From Eledone cirrhosa (lineage: Eukaryota): a DNA stretch of 64,000 nucleotides. Made by a program: the position numbers and the translations under genes. Positions 1 to 13,606 of this stretch are shown in pieces (positions within the stretch are counted from its first letter, which is position 1; each line of letters begins with the position of its first letter). The notes beneath the pieces were generated by a model. It was not told the DNA's origin. It searched no databases and saw only the letters and a program-made list of their open reading frames with translations. The stretch is from positions 231,384,001-231,448,000 of the forward strand of contig OZ024741.1 in assembly GCA_964016885.1 (NCBI GenBank), read 5' to 3'.

Positions 1-68
1 AAACAGTGAGTGTGTTCTGTTATTATTTCTGGCAATATTATTACAACAATATGACCCTCCCCAAGTAT

Positions 69-114
<46 letters not shown>

Positions 115-119
115 TTATA

Positions 120-1440
120 TATAAGAGAGTATTGAAGTTTGCTTGAAGCATTGTGGAATAATAAGGTACATTTCTTCAAGTCGTTTGGAAGCCTCGACAA
201 TACAGATGGGTAAATCTCCGGGTAACAAGATCCGGTGGTGTAGAGAGAGATGTAAGTGGGTGTACGTTGAGATGCGTGGCGTGTATAAGACTGTAACGTG
301 TAGAGGAATGAAGGAAAGAGCGTAAAGGATAAAAATAAAAATAACAACACGAGAAAGTGTTACCTTGGGAGAGATTTAATTGTCCCTATATATTTCGGAT
401 TCACATCCATCAAGTGGAGTTTTTTTCCGGGGTGGTGAAACGTCTGTCGGAAAGGTGCGAAACGTGTCCTCCGCTGTTGGTTGTTTTGAATATCTGAGGT
501 ATTCAGCAGAGCGCGCGTGCGCGTGAAATGTGGTCGGTCAGGCAGAGGCCAGCGGCCGAAGTAGTTCTTTCAATTGTGGGAGTGTGGTGGAGCTAGCTGT
601 CAGTCCATTCTCTGCCTGTTTGGTGAATGTTATTGAGTGTGTGTGTGGGCGTGGGTTATTGTCTCGCTTGAGTGTGTGTGTGTGTGCGTGTATTAGTGCC
701 TTGTTCCTCTGTATTGGCAGTTTAGTATGTTCGTATGGTGGAATGCTACTGTGTGTGTGTGCGTGTGTTGCTGTCTCGCTTGTGTGTGTGTGTGTGTGTG
801 TGCGTGTGTTGCTGCATCGTTTGTTAACTTAAACCAACCACCTCATTTCGCTTCTCTCGGATCGGTTGTTTAATTGTGGCCCTAGGCGTTTGATCCAAAG
901 TGCTTCCTTGATACGTAACGTGCTGACGTTTCTTTCTGTCACTACAATTGTGACAATGAGCCTTCCGACTTTATTTCCGCATTTGTTTATGTGTTTCAGG
1001 AAAGACGAGGCCCTGGTTTTAGTGTGTTCCTTGATCCGGATGTGCAATGGCCGGCTTGTGCTACCTATATAGCATTGGTTGCTCTTGTTACATTCTATCT
1101 TATATACGACGTATGTGCGTAGGCAACAGTTCGCATGGCGCATCGGGCAGTCTCTGAGGGAGCACGCGTCAGTTGATTTCGCGGGTTTCCTGGAGAGGCA
1201 TCTTCGCAGGGAGGGGCCCGATTTGGCCAGGTGGATATCGAGGCCCTCCCTCCGTATAGCCTTGCGGATAGCGTTGGTAGTATTCTCGCCCAGGTGTGGC
1301 ATTTTAAGGAAGCACTTGCCTCTGTCTCTTGTGTCTGGTGTCTCCTGCTCTGTCTGTGAGCGAGGTAGGGTACCCGTTCATCTCCAGCACGTCGAGGAAT
1401 CGCTTGGTATGACTGACACCACTCGCAGGATCGCTGCATC
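120..1440 (-). mobile_element. Penelope-like retroelement 3' fragment with GIY-YIG endonuclease (ORF 829-1302) and non-coding tail
   Basis: ORF 829..1302 has VVYKIECNKSNQCYIGSTSRPLHIRIKEH and LRIKEALWIKRLGPQLN, matching the PLE GIY-YIG motifs. The tail ends in (TA)n near 120. Confidence 0.85.
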
Positions 1441-1602
1441 TGTAATTATATATATAAAATTGATCGTTTTAACACTTTGTATCTCAGCTCTGTAAAACAT
1501 TTGAAAACTTGCATTGAGCCTTTTGTCAAACCGGTAACTGGCTAGTACTCAGTACTACCCTACATATTTATATCAAATATATGTAAATATAAATATTCTT
1601 AT

Positions 1603-1677
<75 letters not shown>

Positions 1678-1730
1678 TATATATATATATATATATATAC
1701 ACATGTATATATATATATATATATTTATAT

Positions 1731-2237
1731 ATATTTATTAAAATAACAGATTAAAGTTTAAGCACATAATCGCTGCTTTCACCCTTAACGGGATCTTCTG
1801 AAACTAACAAAGTCAATCGGTAACGCAGAACTGGATATTTCAAAAACCGTTGCAACCGGAGGAAGACAGGAAGGCGATACTTTGGTTCGTGGTTTTAGGT
1901 ATGTTTTCCTGCTTTGTACTGGTATGTTCTTTGTAGAAATATTCAGATGTTGTTTCTGCATGATGAAACTCCTTCGGTTGAGCACTTTACTGACTTATAT
2001 TCATCATGCAGAAACAACATCTGAATATTTCTACAAAGAACATACCCGTACAAAGCAGGAAAACATACCTAAAACCACGAACCAAAGTATCGTCTTCCTG
2101 TCTTCCTCCGGTTGCAACGTTTTTTGAAATATCCAGTTCTGCGTTTACAGATTGACTTTGTTAGTTTCAGAAGATCCCGTTAAGGGTGAAAGCAGCGATT
2201 CTTTGCTTAAACTTTAATCTGTTATTTTAATAAATAT
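1731..2237. repeat. Fold-back (palindromic) PLE terminus with ~237-bp arms and ~32-bp spacer
   Basis: 1731-1967 is a near-perfect reverse complement of 2000-2237. It is flanked by (TA)n and each arm carries an HHR-like motif. Confidence 0.9.
2163..2213 (+). ncRNA. Atypical type I hammerhead-like motif (core CAGAAGA); mirror copy at 1755-1805 on the - strand
   Basis: AGTTT-CAGAAGA-TCCC gttaa GGGT-GAAA-GCA n9 TGC-TT-AAACT. All three stems pair; deviations are U4>A and U.U at 10.1/11.1. Confidence 0.55.
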
Positions 2238-2575
2238 TTGCTCTACGGTTCTTATATATTTGATATATATTTTCCTTATCGAGCCCTCTTTGGATTTTAG
2301 TCTTCAATTTTATTATTATTACTATATTTATATATATATATATATAGTAATAAGAATATTTATATGTTCATATATTTTTATATCTGTATATCTATTTGAC
2401 CCGAAAAGGAGATCGAATCTTCGGTGTGTGGATGATTAGTTTAACCACGATCTCAGTGTGTTTGGCCTTTAACGTAAGTTGTAAGCTCTAATTCATTTGA
2501 ATTATTGAGCGCTTAACTCGAAAGTGTTTTCTCATTATTTCATGGGCTGAAATTCGATTCTCGCTAATTTTTACT

Positions 2576-2612
<37 letters not shown>

Positions 2613-2886
2613 CAAGGTTCAATTATGCTAAGCAGACAAAAAGGAAATTGTTTAAGTGACTGAGTTAACATGCTGTGTTAACTTATACAGAATTGTCAGG
2701 TCTTTACACACACAGCCCCCCCCCCCCCCCCCCCCACACATGTATATACATAAAAACACATCTATAAAGACCTGACCATTTTGTATCGTTTAACACACCA
2801 TGTTAACACAGCCACGTAACGAATTACATTTTTGTTTGCTTTGCATAACTGAACCTTCAAAAAAATAATATATATATATGTATGCA

Positions 2887-3017
<131 letters not shown>

Positions 3018-3038
3018 ATATATGTATATATATATATA

Positions 3039-3610
3039 TGAAAAACATCCTAACACATGCCAAAGTACTGCCAACCACAACAACGAAAGCCACAGTAAAA
3101 AAATGCGATAGACCCAGCTGTGGCATTTGCATCAACCTAATAGAGGGTTCGGAATTCTATTTCAAAGAAGGACAACGTTTTATAGTAAAACACAATGTCA
3201 CATGTGCATCGGAAAATCTAATATATGTATTAACTTGTTCAGGTTGTCGAGAACAATACATAGGCCAGACCAAATCCAGCCTCCGCCAACGCATCACTGT
3301 CCATAGATCCCAAATTAAAATACGGGAATACAGGAAAATACCACTGAGTGAACACATTGATACCTGTGCCGCCCAAAATCATCCCAACTTCAGAATCTTT
3401 CCCCTCTACAAATTTAAAGATAATGCCACCCACACCCAAACGCATCAGCAACAAATCTTACTTTATTAACAAATACGGACCCCGTCTAAACACTTCTCCC
3501 TAAGACGAACCCACAACATACACACGTCAACATACATACCTACATCAGCACATATCTCTACCCACATATAAACACAATGACATACGTAAACACTCATGTT
3601 CTATGGTGCA
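3039..3610 (+). mobile_element. Penelope-like element fragment (Neptune-type linker plus GIY-YIG endonuclease)
   Basis: CDRPSCGICINL Cys motif followed by TCASENLIYVLTCSGCREQYIGQTKSSLRQRITVHR, in the 3' part of ORF 2882..3469. Confidence 0.85.
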
Positions 3611-3614
3611 ACAG

Positions 3615-3655
<41 letters not shown>

Positions 3656-3679
3656 ATATATATATATATATATGTATAG

Positions 3680-3814
3680 TGAATATCATTTCACACCTTT
3701 TATTATTAAGGTTTTTGATGTTCTATTGAGAGAATCTATTTTACTGAAAATATCGAATAATGTACACCATTTACCAGGGAAAAATACTGGTCCACCCATA
3801 CACACACACATTCT

Positions 3815-3848
<34 letters not shown>

Positions 3849-4019
3849 CACACACACACGCGTACATTAACATTCAAAGAGACTTATACACACACACACA
3901 GACACACACTCCTCCGTATAAGACAAGAGCTGAAAAATATCTTTTAACATGTTAAAATATCCCTCACTCACTTACAGAGACATTCCTACTGACCATCCCT
4001 ATACCACGAATTACTCTGC

Positions 4020-4083
<64 letters not shown>

Positions 4084-4573
4084 TTAATATGCATTTGAAC
4101 TGTCAACAGGCTGCGGTTCGCACACACATCCCTGCTAACCATTATCACAACAACGAGCACTTTACTACTACTACTACTACTACACACACACACACACACA
4201 CATATTTGTTGTGAAAGAGTCATTTCTCAGTCTTGGCGCAAAATCAATTTTTTACATTCACATGACCTCTACCGACCAATCAAAATTGTTTTGACCACAA
4301 GAATTTTTGCAACACGAATTGGCGCAAAAACCTATTTTAATACCGCTGGAGCCACTTTTTTAACATAAAAACAGGTAGAATTCCCAAAACTAATCAGATC
4401 AGAGCAAACATCACGGACGCTCTATCTCAAAATTATTTTTGAAAAGCATTTAGAAATGCGCAACCTTAAAACCAAAACTGAATACTAACCAATACAATTA
4501 CTAATCCTCACTTATTCCTAATTAAACTATTTTTCACTGTGAACAATGTCAACATTTTCTTTTCCGTTTACCA

Positions 4574-4575
<2 letters not shown>
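3680..4575 (+). mobile_element. Non-coding PLE tail/terminus, same family as the 22650-23286 fold-back
   Basis: 4230-4575 matches 22860-23000 (reverse complement) and 23040-23286, and ends TTTTCCGTTTACCAA before (TA)n. Confidence 0.65.
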
Positions 4576-4607
<32 letters not shown>

Positions 4608-4628
4608 GTATGTATGTATATATGTATG

Positions 4629-4664
<36 letters not shown>

Positions 4665-5102
4665 TGTATATGTATGTACGTATGTATGTGTGTATTTGTA
4701 TACGTATATATGTGTATGTGTGTGTGTATATATATATATACTCTCACGGAGGTCAGGACTGCCTTTTGTCGCTCCCTGTTTCACCGTCTACTCAGCCTCG
4801 TTCTTATGTCCAGTAGCTGATGTTGACCGGCTTTTCTTTCTCTTCCGTTGCTACGACACGTGCTTCTCGTGTTTCCCTCTTCGGTATTTTTTTCCCGTTA
4901 TTTTCGGATATTTTTTACGTGTTTTTCTTTCTTTTTCACCTTCTGTTATATTTTTGTCTCTCTCGCAATTTTCCCCGAATAACTTCCTTTTGTTATTGAC
5001 GCACTGGAGCTAGACATCTTGTCTTTAATGCGTAGTACTGTCCGTGATCTCCAGAAGAAAACTGATGAAGGTAAATTACCCCCCGTTCGTGCTTTCCTCA
5101 TA

Positions 5103-5189
<87 letters not shown>

Positions 5190-5577
5190 GAGTGTGTGAG
5201 TGTGTGTGTATGTGTGCGTGTATGTGTTAGTGTTGACATCTGACCATTTTTGTAGACCTCACCAATGAATAGCTATTGTTTGCTTGGAATAAACGAACTT
5301 TGAAAATTAAGAGTGTCTCTCAGTGTGAATTTGTCTATAGTTTCTTGGGTTGAATTTGTTTTCTGCCTTTGTAACTCTAAATATAGTTTTCAAAGAATTC
5401 GCTTTTCTTTAAATCCATCAACCATCAACCAATGACCTGCACCTATTTCAATCATCACCCTCTTCTACGACCAGAAAATGTATAAATTCCACAATATTAC
5501 TTAGACAGTCGGCTTCCTGATCATTTCTTTCGAGTGAAACAGTTCTAGTCGTGTAGAAGCCATTTCTATATTATATA

Positions 5578-6101
5578 CTAGCCGAATGACCGGCGCCTTG
5601 ATGCGTTTCACACATAAGAAAGTAGAAGCATTAACTAATAATTGTTGTCATAATTCTAGTGAAGTTTTGCCATAGATAAAATGTCTAAATTAGCTAAATT
5701 TTACTATAAAAGAGAGGTGCACTTTTTGTTGAATTTCGTTTAATTAATAGAATAACCCCGTGATAATAGAGGTTCCAAAATCTTCACTGTAGGGGGTTTA
5801 ACCCTCATTAGGGTGTCTTAATATTGTTGGAATTTGCAGAAATTTTGCGAATAGGCATCATATCTTCTCATTCACCTATGGTTTAAATTTCATATAAATC
5901 GAAGGAAAAAAGTTTTCAGTGGGGGATTGTGCCCCCTCAAACACTTTGATAACAATAAAATATACTTATGCAAGTACCCTGGGCAATGTAGTTTCAGAAT
6001 ATATATGGTTATTGGGGTCTATCTCCAAAACCATAGGAGGAGTTCGTGCACAAACAAACGAACAAACAAACAGACAGGAACGACAACTTTATATATATAG
6101 A
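5578..6101 (-). mobile_element. Non-autonomous Helitron
   Basis: The minus strand begins A|TCTATATATATAAAG and ends GCCGGTCATTCGGCTAG|T: 5'-TC, 3' hairpin plus CTAG, and an A|T target. Confidence 0.75.
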
Positions 6102-6678
6102 TATATATGTATCTACACTACCAGACCTGTTTGATTCGTATGGAATTATCCGGAAAGAGTTCACGTTCCTGGTGATTTCATAGGAACCAAGGAGTTCTAT
6201 TCCTGAAGAAGCCATTTCTAAATGAAATAAAGATGCTTATACGCTACTAACGTATTGAAAAATCTTTTAACTGTAGTCACCTCCCGTTAGATCTCGGAAA
6301 TCCACCTATTATATATGTATATAGACATACGAAATTCACATACATGTATGTATACAGCTATTCCGAAGCTATATTTTAAATCTACTGTTCAGTTGAGCCA
6401 AATTATACAGCTTCGTATGCAAATATGGCTAATAGGACCTCCTCCACAGGCGTAAACATTGCATATTTTCACCTGTTTCATGTTCCAGCAAAAAGCAAGA
6501 CGAAGCACTGTTCTTATGCGAGCCAGAAGCTCAGTTATGCATAGAGAGTTATCCTCCGCTGCTTCAGCTGGAATCCACTACACAGCGCTGGCCGTCAGCC
6601 TTTCAATTCGTAGCTGGGCTTTCAAAATATGTATACAGCTCTGCCGAAGCTAAATTTTAACTGTGTGTACGCGCGCGC

Positions 6679-6733
<55 letters not shown>

Positions 6734-6829
6734 TGTGTGTGTGTGAAACATATACAGAAATAACGACACAATCGGTACAGTATATGGAAGGAATATATTA
6801 GGTTAACTCTTGAAATCACAGGAAGAGGG

Positions 6830-6865
6830 TCTTAACGTTTCGGACGCTAGTCCTTCATCAGAAAA
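6830..6865 (-). ncRNA. Minimal type I hammerhead ribozyme (PLE type)
   Basis: Minus strand TTTT-CTGATGA-A-GGAC tagc GTCC-GAAACGTTA-AGA. Canonical core with a palindromic minimal stem III, typical of dimer-dependent PLE HHRs. Confidence 0.8.
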
Positions 6866-7429
6866 AAGAATGAGAAATAAGATAGATTGAAAGGACGGGC
6901 GGGAATATAAGTATATATAACATAGATTAAGAAAATTAACATAATTTGCTTCAAATAAGAATAAAACAAATCTTTTTATCAGCTATCACCTGAATATCCC
7001 TGAAATTTCAGTAAACAAATCGATATCTGTAGTGGTACCATTAGCTTCAAAACATCTACCAAATAAAGAACGACTTATTAAAACACGAGAAATACAAATC
7101 ACATTCGTTGCACTGAGATATTTTGACTGAAATTAAACAAAACAAAATAAAACACAGAACAAGAATGCATACACATATACCAGTGAATGAAAGTAATACA
7201 ATATGTGGGCATTACTCTTAGGAATAAAGACAAATGTAAGGAACAGTGAGACTGTTATCAGCCATCGATGACGTTTACATATTCGGTAATTACCCCAAAA
7301 TAAACTATATGAATTTGTGAGTATGAAGAATATACTGAAGACTTATATTCTTGACTAAATACAATTAAGAGGCCTTGTTATGTATGAGATGAAACGGATT
7401 TTCCTGAACACATTCCAAGTGAAAATTTA

Positions 7430-10400
7430 AAAGCTGACATCGAATGTCCAAGGGTAATGTAATTCACCTTTAAAGAAAAAGGGAATCTCAAAAAGAGTAT
7501 TAACAGAGAACAAGGGAAGTCGATCTACACTACTTCATCGACGGTGTTTGATATAAAATCCTCTCCACAGGAAAATGAAAGCGACATGACTTTCGAGTTC
7601 AAAGCGATGGTCAAATTAGAAAAAGTTAGCCGCAAATCAGACGACTTCCAGTTCGAGAACTGTGGACGAATAATGGTGGTAGTGTTGGGCAGAAAATCAA
7701 ACTGCTACAAATGTGGGAATATAAACCAACTTAAGGCTTGTTGTTCAATGGAAAAGGTTACAAAGGACATATTTCCAAATCACTACTAGCAACACACCAA
7801 ACGCATCCATAGGAGACCATACTTCACAGATACTGAGACTAGTTCAGAAAGGAGACACACCTCTCCCCAACAGGACGAGAAAGCATCAGCAACTGCTACA
7901 CAAGTTCCACAGGCAGACATATGCTCCACATTCACTACCACAAACCTTAAGAACGAAAGGAAAGAACCCATGTGGCAAATGGTGAAGGTCCAAAAGAAAG
8001 AAAAGTTGTGTAACTTACGCCAGTGCTTCAAACTCTAAACGCCTAAAATACATTAGGAATGCAAACAACACAATAAAACAGCCTAAAACAACATCGGTAT
8101 TGTCAGCTCTATAACGATAACTACATGAGCTTCAGAAAAAACAATAGTAAAAAACAATGAAAATATAGCAACCATATCGCAACATGATAAAACAAACAAC
8201 TTGGCGCCAAGAATGCTACCAACCACAACAGAACACAAACAAAGCTACGGTAAGAATCACAGCAGGAACCTCAACATAAGCAACAACAACAACCAAAGGA
8301 ACGATGACCAGAAGGTACCAAAAATATTGAACAAGACCCTCAACTACACCTGTTTTGTAAGTAAAACATAGATGCGATGTAATTCATACATATAAAAAAG
8401 AAAGAAGGCTTTGTGCGAGGGACAGGATGTGGCAACGCTCTCCAGAACATTACCTGGGAGAATCATAGTGAGGAATGCATTTAAAATGTTTAGATCTCTC
8501 AGACATGTCCTTTATTGGGGATTCTATAAAATACAGACAGGTGTGTTTAGAGAGACCGTAACCGACTTCGTAGTACAGCTCGAATAGCCAGAGAGAGGAA
8601 GGGACCAGCTTCCTTTTGGTTTTACTTCTCGTCCACTTAATAGTCTTACTCAATTTAGTCTGCATAAATGGAAATAGCGTCATTTGTTCCACTATCGCAG
8701 TTCACTGTATTTATATGTGGTAGCTCTTAGCAACATCAGAATTTCCGCAGTTCAGTCGTTCACTCTCCTTGGCGTTAACAAACCAACGCATTTTTTGGTT
8801 AACTGCTATTTTTGAAAGACATGAATATAGGGATAAGAAAAGATGTTAGATTAGTTGTCCTGGATTCGAGAAGCCGTAAAGGCAAAGATGATGCCTTCAG
8901 ACACTTTCGATTTTTTAGATGAACCAACTTGATAGAAATAGTGTGTATTACCCACATTTGATAGTTGTCTACTCAGAACACAAACTCAGGATATATAGTC
9001 AACGTAGAACAGATCAACAGTCAGGTTGTGGATTCCTGGAAGCTAAACGCGTCTTTACGGCACGAAAAGAGTTCAGGGACCGGGTCAGTAAACTAGTCAA
9101 GTGGTAATTGACGGGAGTTGTAATCATCTATATGTGGTTAGTCTCACAAAGAAAAAAATATATTTAACATCAGTTAGCTTTAAATAAATGTTATAACCAA
9201 GGAAAACGCTTAGATGAGGCGAACAGACAGAGGATTGCAAGCGACATTCTAGTTGTTAGACAGGGTCTAGCCCCTTTCTTCCACGGGAAACTCGAAGAAA
9301 GAGTTCTCCATGAGACTTCGAAAGATATACAATGAGCCTAGGCAGCTGGCGGAAGAGCAGTGTGGCAACAAGACCACAATTAGATACCTGACAGACAGCA
9401 GCGTGCGAGTGATATCTGACACTGGACATGTATGTGCACGTTGATACCTATATTGATGCTCTCCAGCGACTCCCGTTCAGGAAGGCAGAGGGATGCGAAA
9501 AACGAATCCCCTCAAACGAGGTAGATGAAGCATTACGCCGCTGTAAGATGGAAAAATCTGATCTGGGTGGTCTGCCCACCGCCCTCTACTTTCAAATTCC
9601 AGGAATATTTGCTATTGCATTGGGAGTCGTCTAATGTGGCTGGTAGTAGACTAGTACCATTCCCAGTCGTGTTAGCCGTGAATGGCAGGTTGGCATAGAA
9701 AGTATCTGAGCAAAGGAGACACAATGATAAATGTTTTGCCCATAACACTACTAATCCCAGAAATAGATATTTTAGTAAGGGTGGCCGTCAAAAGGTTGTC
9801 GCATGTCGATAACTAAGTCGCTGAGGTGGGATATACCTGCAAAATGTATCCATAAACAATTCAACCTCATGTAATACATGTAACGAGATGGGATTATATT
9901 TTGCGTCGACGGGGAACTGGTATATCTAAGCAGTCCAAAAAGGGTTAGCCATCATTGTTTTATGGGCAGCCGAATTCGCTATTGTTTTTCGTGGTTTGAA
10001 GGCTAGAATATACAACCGCATTTGTTTAGTGGTCAAATTACAGGGCTACATATCAGACTCATTCAACGCTGCACGCTCGATCCACGAGGAATGACATTAA
10101 ATTAGTCTCATTTATGTGTTAGCCGTTAGACATTTACTGAGGAAAATTGAGACTCTAAAAGGTATCCCAATAGAACTGGGGTACACGACAAACATTATGA
10201 CTTATGCCAATGATTTGACCCTCATTGAATAGGACATGTTCCATGCGGAGGTGGTAGGTGCTATACTGGATAAATGGAAAAATGTGCCAAAATGTCCATC
10301 GCTGGGTTGCAACTCATCTTCTGCAAGAACGTGACCGTGTGGATCAACAGCAATTTCTCTCACTGAAAGGAGGGCCTAGATAAGTCACACGTGATGTTAT

Positions 10401-10850
10401 TTATACCAGATCAGCATGTTAAAATGAACTGGAAGGTGCTGGTGATCAGGTTGGCCAGTTTCACTCAGAAATGGGATGGGAGAAATCTGTTTTTGAATGG
10501 TTGGGTTAAATTGGTGAATGTCTAGATCGTCTAAGTAGTGTTTTATCTCCTGTACGACGAGACTTGTCCCAAGAAATATTTAACCAATTTGGTGCATATA
10601 GTCTTACGTTTCTAGTGGAAGGGAACAAGTTCCGATGATCAGCGAATCCATCTGCTGCGGAATATCTGGTTTCGAATGTATGAACCACAGGTCTTATACT
10701 ATGACAAGAGGGAAGGGAATTAGTGCAGTAAACCGGTGATGTAATGTTGCATCTTGGAAAGAAAGCCATGATTCGTTTTCTCGTGGCTTTCAGTGGTGCT
10801 TTGCTAGAAGTAATGGTGTTGGATTTCAGTGCCTACCTCGACGAATTACT
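7430..10850 (+). mobile_element. Heavily decayed Tx1/L1-like LINE (ORF1 zinc knuckle and RT remnants)
   Basis: ORF 7544..7789 has VVLGRKSNCYKCGNINQLKACC (degenerate CCHC knuckle). ORF 9428..9634 has EVDEALRRCKMEKSDLGGLPTALY (K..PG.DG-like), and a YAND (YADD-like) motif lies near 10203. Boundaries are approximate. Confidence 0.6.
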
Positions 10851-11169
10851 ATGACTATCGGTGAAAGAATCAACTAAGTATGACGTGCCGATAACGGTCA
10901 CCGAAGTACAGGCTATAATAAACGGATACATTTTGGCGCAATTCTGTTGGTTTGGAAGGTCTAATGGACTAATTATACGACTGTACACAGACTCCTTCGG
11001 CCATTTTTTGGCAGATGTCTGCCGCAAATTCTTCTACTTCGCTCAATCATTTCTGAGAGGTTCGACGGCGCAAAGTCCTTAAAAACTACTTTCCGCGGGT
11101 TCTGTCAGGAACAACCATCTCCAACTGATCCGGCTGGATCTCCAAGTGAGACTAGGCAAGCTCATTTAT

Positions 11170-11450
11170 GTTATCCAAAGATTTTGATCTGAGTCTACCC
11201 CCTCGGTCTCCTGCAGGTTGAATTTGCCCTTAAATTCTGTCCAGCGATTCGTTCCTGAGACATTCTAAACTCATGTCCATAGTATCGGACATGTGATCCC
11301 TCAATGCGGAGAAGTAGCGTCTCTACGTGGAGTGATTCTCTGATCCCCGAGCTACGTACTCTATCAAGTAACATTACTCCAAAGAACCTACTGAAGAACC
11401 CCATGTATCCTCGCGTATTGGAGAGATTAATTTGCTGATCTCCCAAACGT
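11170..11450 (-). mobile_element. RTE-clade LINE 3' fragment
   Basis: LLDRVRSSGIRESLHVETLLLRIEGSHVRYYGHEFRM...RRPRG resembles the RTE C-terminal region. Confidence 0.7.
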
Positions 11451-11633
11451 GTGCACCTGAGAGCGGTGACTAACGAGTCTCATCCGTGAAAAGGACCACC
11501 TGCTGCCATCATACTGACAGGGGAAACTAAGGATATTGACAGATGATTTTACCGAGAAACAAAGAATAAACAATGGAAAATAACTAATATCATCATGAAC
11601 GATATATTTGTGATATTTACGTATATATCTATA

Positions 11634-12271
11634 TCTATATTACTTAAACAGAGAATGTATGTTTGTCTGTCTGTCTGTACAATCACTTAAACTCGAGATT
11701 CACCCAACGGTTGTTTTCAAACTTTACACATGTAATGCTTATGATCCTACTGAGTGTTCTGAGCAAAAGGAATTTCAAATGTTCAATGCCCTAGGGACCG
11801 CATTAGGCGATTTAGCGATCTCTTTCTCTCTCTCTTAGTTTTTCTCTTTTTAGATAGATACATAGATATGACGTCAGGCCTTTATAATATATGTCTGTAT
11901 GCCTGCTGTCTACATTACGCCATTTTGACGAGATCAGTGTGTGTGTCTGTATATATGAATATATAGTGTGTGTGTATATATATATATATATTCTTATGCT
12001 AGGGAACATCTTCACGAACCAAATATCGTCTTCCTGTTTCAACTTTATTCGAAATATTTACATCTGCGTTCACATATTGATTTTTTCAATTTTAGTTTCA
12101 GAAGATCCTGCTAAGGGTGAAAGCAGCGATTCTTTTCTTAAACTTTAATCTGTTATTTTAATATATATATATTTATAATTATTTATTCGTGTACAGATAT
12201 TTTTGCATACACAATAACAAAATATAAGAACCCTAGAGCAAATCCCGAGCAAAGCCGGGCCATTCTGCTAG
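11634..12271 (+). mobile_element. Non-autonomous Helitron carrying a captured PLE terminus with an HHR-like motif (12094-12144)
   Basis: Starts A|TCTATATTAC, has the hairpin CCCG-agcaaagc-CGGG at 12244-12259, and ends CTAG|T at 12268-12271. Internal 12000-12160 matches 2060-2230. Confidence 0.8.
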
Positions 12272-12313
12272 TATATATATACATATATATATATATATAC
12301 ATATATATATCTA

Positions 12314-12436
12314 TCCACTGATGATTTATAAGCGCCCACCTAAATATATTCTTACATGAATATATATTAGGCTTCTACATAAACTGGAAATATTCTCCCA
12401 ACTTGTAGAAAACTTATAATGAAACAATTGTTTGGA
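12314..12436 (+). ncRNA. Type I hammerhead ribozyme with a 96-nt branched stem II
   Basis: TCCA-CTGATGA-T-TTATAAG...CTTATAA-T-GAAAC-AATT-GTT|TGGA. The insert holds the hairpins CCTAAATATATTC/GAATATATATTAGG and TTCTACA/TGTAGAA. Confidence 0.75.
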
Positions 12437-13299
12437 AACGGAGATATACTTTAACTTTAATTATATCTCATAAAATAATACGACTGGTTTTTCCACATTA
12501 TACATATTGTTAGCAACCCAAACACATAAATTGGGTTTATATTTAAATATAACCTAATGTTTGTTGAGTGAGATGGTTACCAGTCAGAGTTTAGCTTTAA
12601 ACTATCTCTGTTATTGTATTAAATATTTACTCTTGATTGGCCAGAGGTGTTTATTTCCAGGTACCTTATGAATTTGACTTTCCGTATTTATTACTGTAGT
12701 GAAATGTTGTGGCTTTTTTTGGTTGTAACTTCTCTGTTTTTTAGCCTAAGAAAATATATATATGCCTATGTATATAATTACATGCATACCTTTATTTTCT
12801 TTAATTAATTGAGTTCTTTACACGAGGAATTAATATTAGTTGTGAAATAACTGATTAACCCGCGTGTGTTTTATATTTTACTCTTAATTCGGCCGGAGAT
12901 TTACATTCCCATTTGCCCTTTAAAGCATAACTTTCTGCGGTTATGAGATGTGGTTCTTATTCAGGTACAACTTCTGATTTTAGCCTAATAAAATATCTAT
13001 ATGCGTGTATAATTTATACACGCATTTATTTATTTTTTTTATTTTCAATTGAGTTCTTAACACGTTGGATTGATAATGTTTTCGAAAAAACTAATTAACC
13101 CGCGTGTATATTATTTTTTTCCTCCTTTCGTGGATCGTAGTTGTCTCCCCTTCCCGCTTCGTGTCGCTATGATACTTCCTCAGTCAAAAACTGCTGGAAT
13201 TTCAAATTTGGCGGTCATTCGAGGCGAGAAGGAGCAACTTAACAGGCACGATTTTTGACTGCGGTAAGAATGTCTTTCTTATATCAAAGTTTAATGGGC

Positions 13300-13424
13300 T
13301 TCCACTGATGATTTATAAACGCCCACTTAAATATATTCAAACATGAATATATATTAGGCTTCTACATAAACTGGAAATATTCTCCCAACTTGTAGAAAAC
13401 TTATAATGAAACAATTGTTTGGAA
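13300..13424 (+). ncRNA. Second copy of the long-stem-II hammerhead ribozyme
   Basis: TTCCA-CTGATGA (13305-13311) ... GAAAC-AATT-GTT (13417-13419) | TGGAA. Confidence 0.75.
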
Positions 13425-13606
13425 AGAGAGATATACTTTTACTTTAATTATATGTCATAAAATAATACAACTGGTTGTTTCACATTATACATATTGTTAG
13501 CACCCCAAACACATAAATTGGGTTTATATTTAAATATAACCTAATGTTTGTTGAGTGAGATGGTTACCAGTCAGAGTTTAGCTTTAAACTATCTCTGTTA
13601 TTGTAT

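Noticed and set aside
383-418. HHR-like motif on the - strand (TTGAT-GGAT gtga ATCC-GAAA-TATA-TA)
   Set aside because: Two core nucleotides are missing and stem I is poor; at best a decayed relic.
5062-5085. CTGATGA-A-GGTAA a TTACC half hammerhead
   Set aside because: No GAAA or stem III follows; truncated.
5511-5561. GGCTTC-CTGATCA...GAAAC...GTC...GAAGCC HHR-like motif
   Set aside because: G8>C without compensation, weak stem II and an offset stem I; probably a degenerate copy.
6347-6663. ~35-bp imperfect direct repeats flanking a 250-bp GC-richer segment (possible exon or insertion)
   Set aside because: No convincing splice pair, ORF or recognisable domain.
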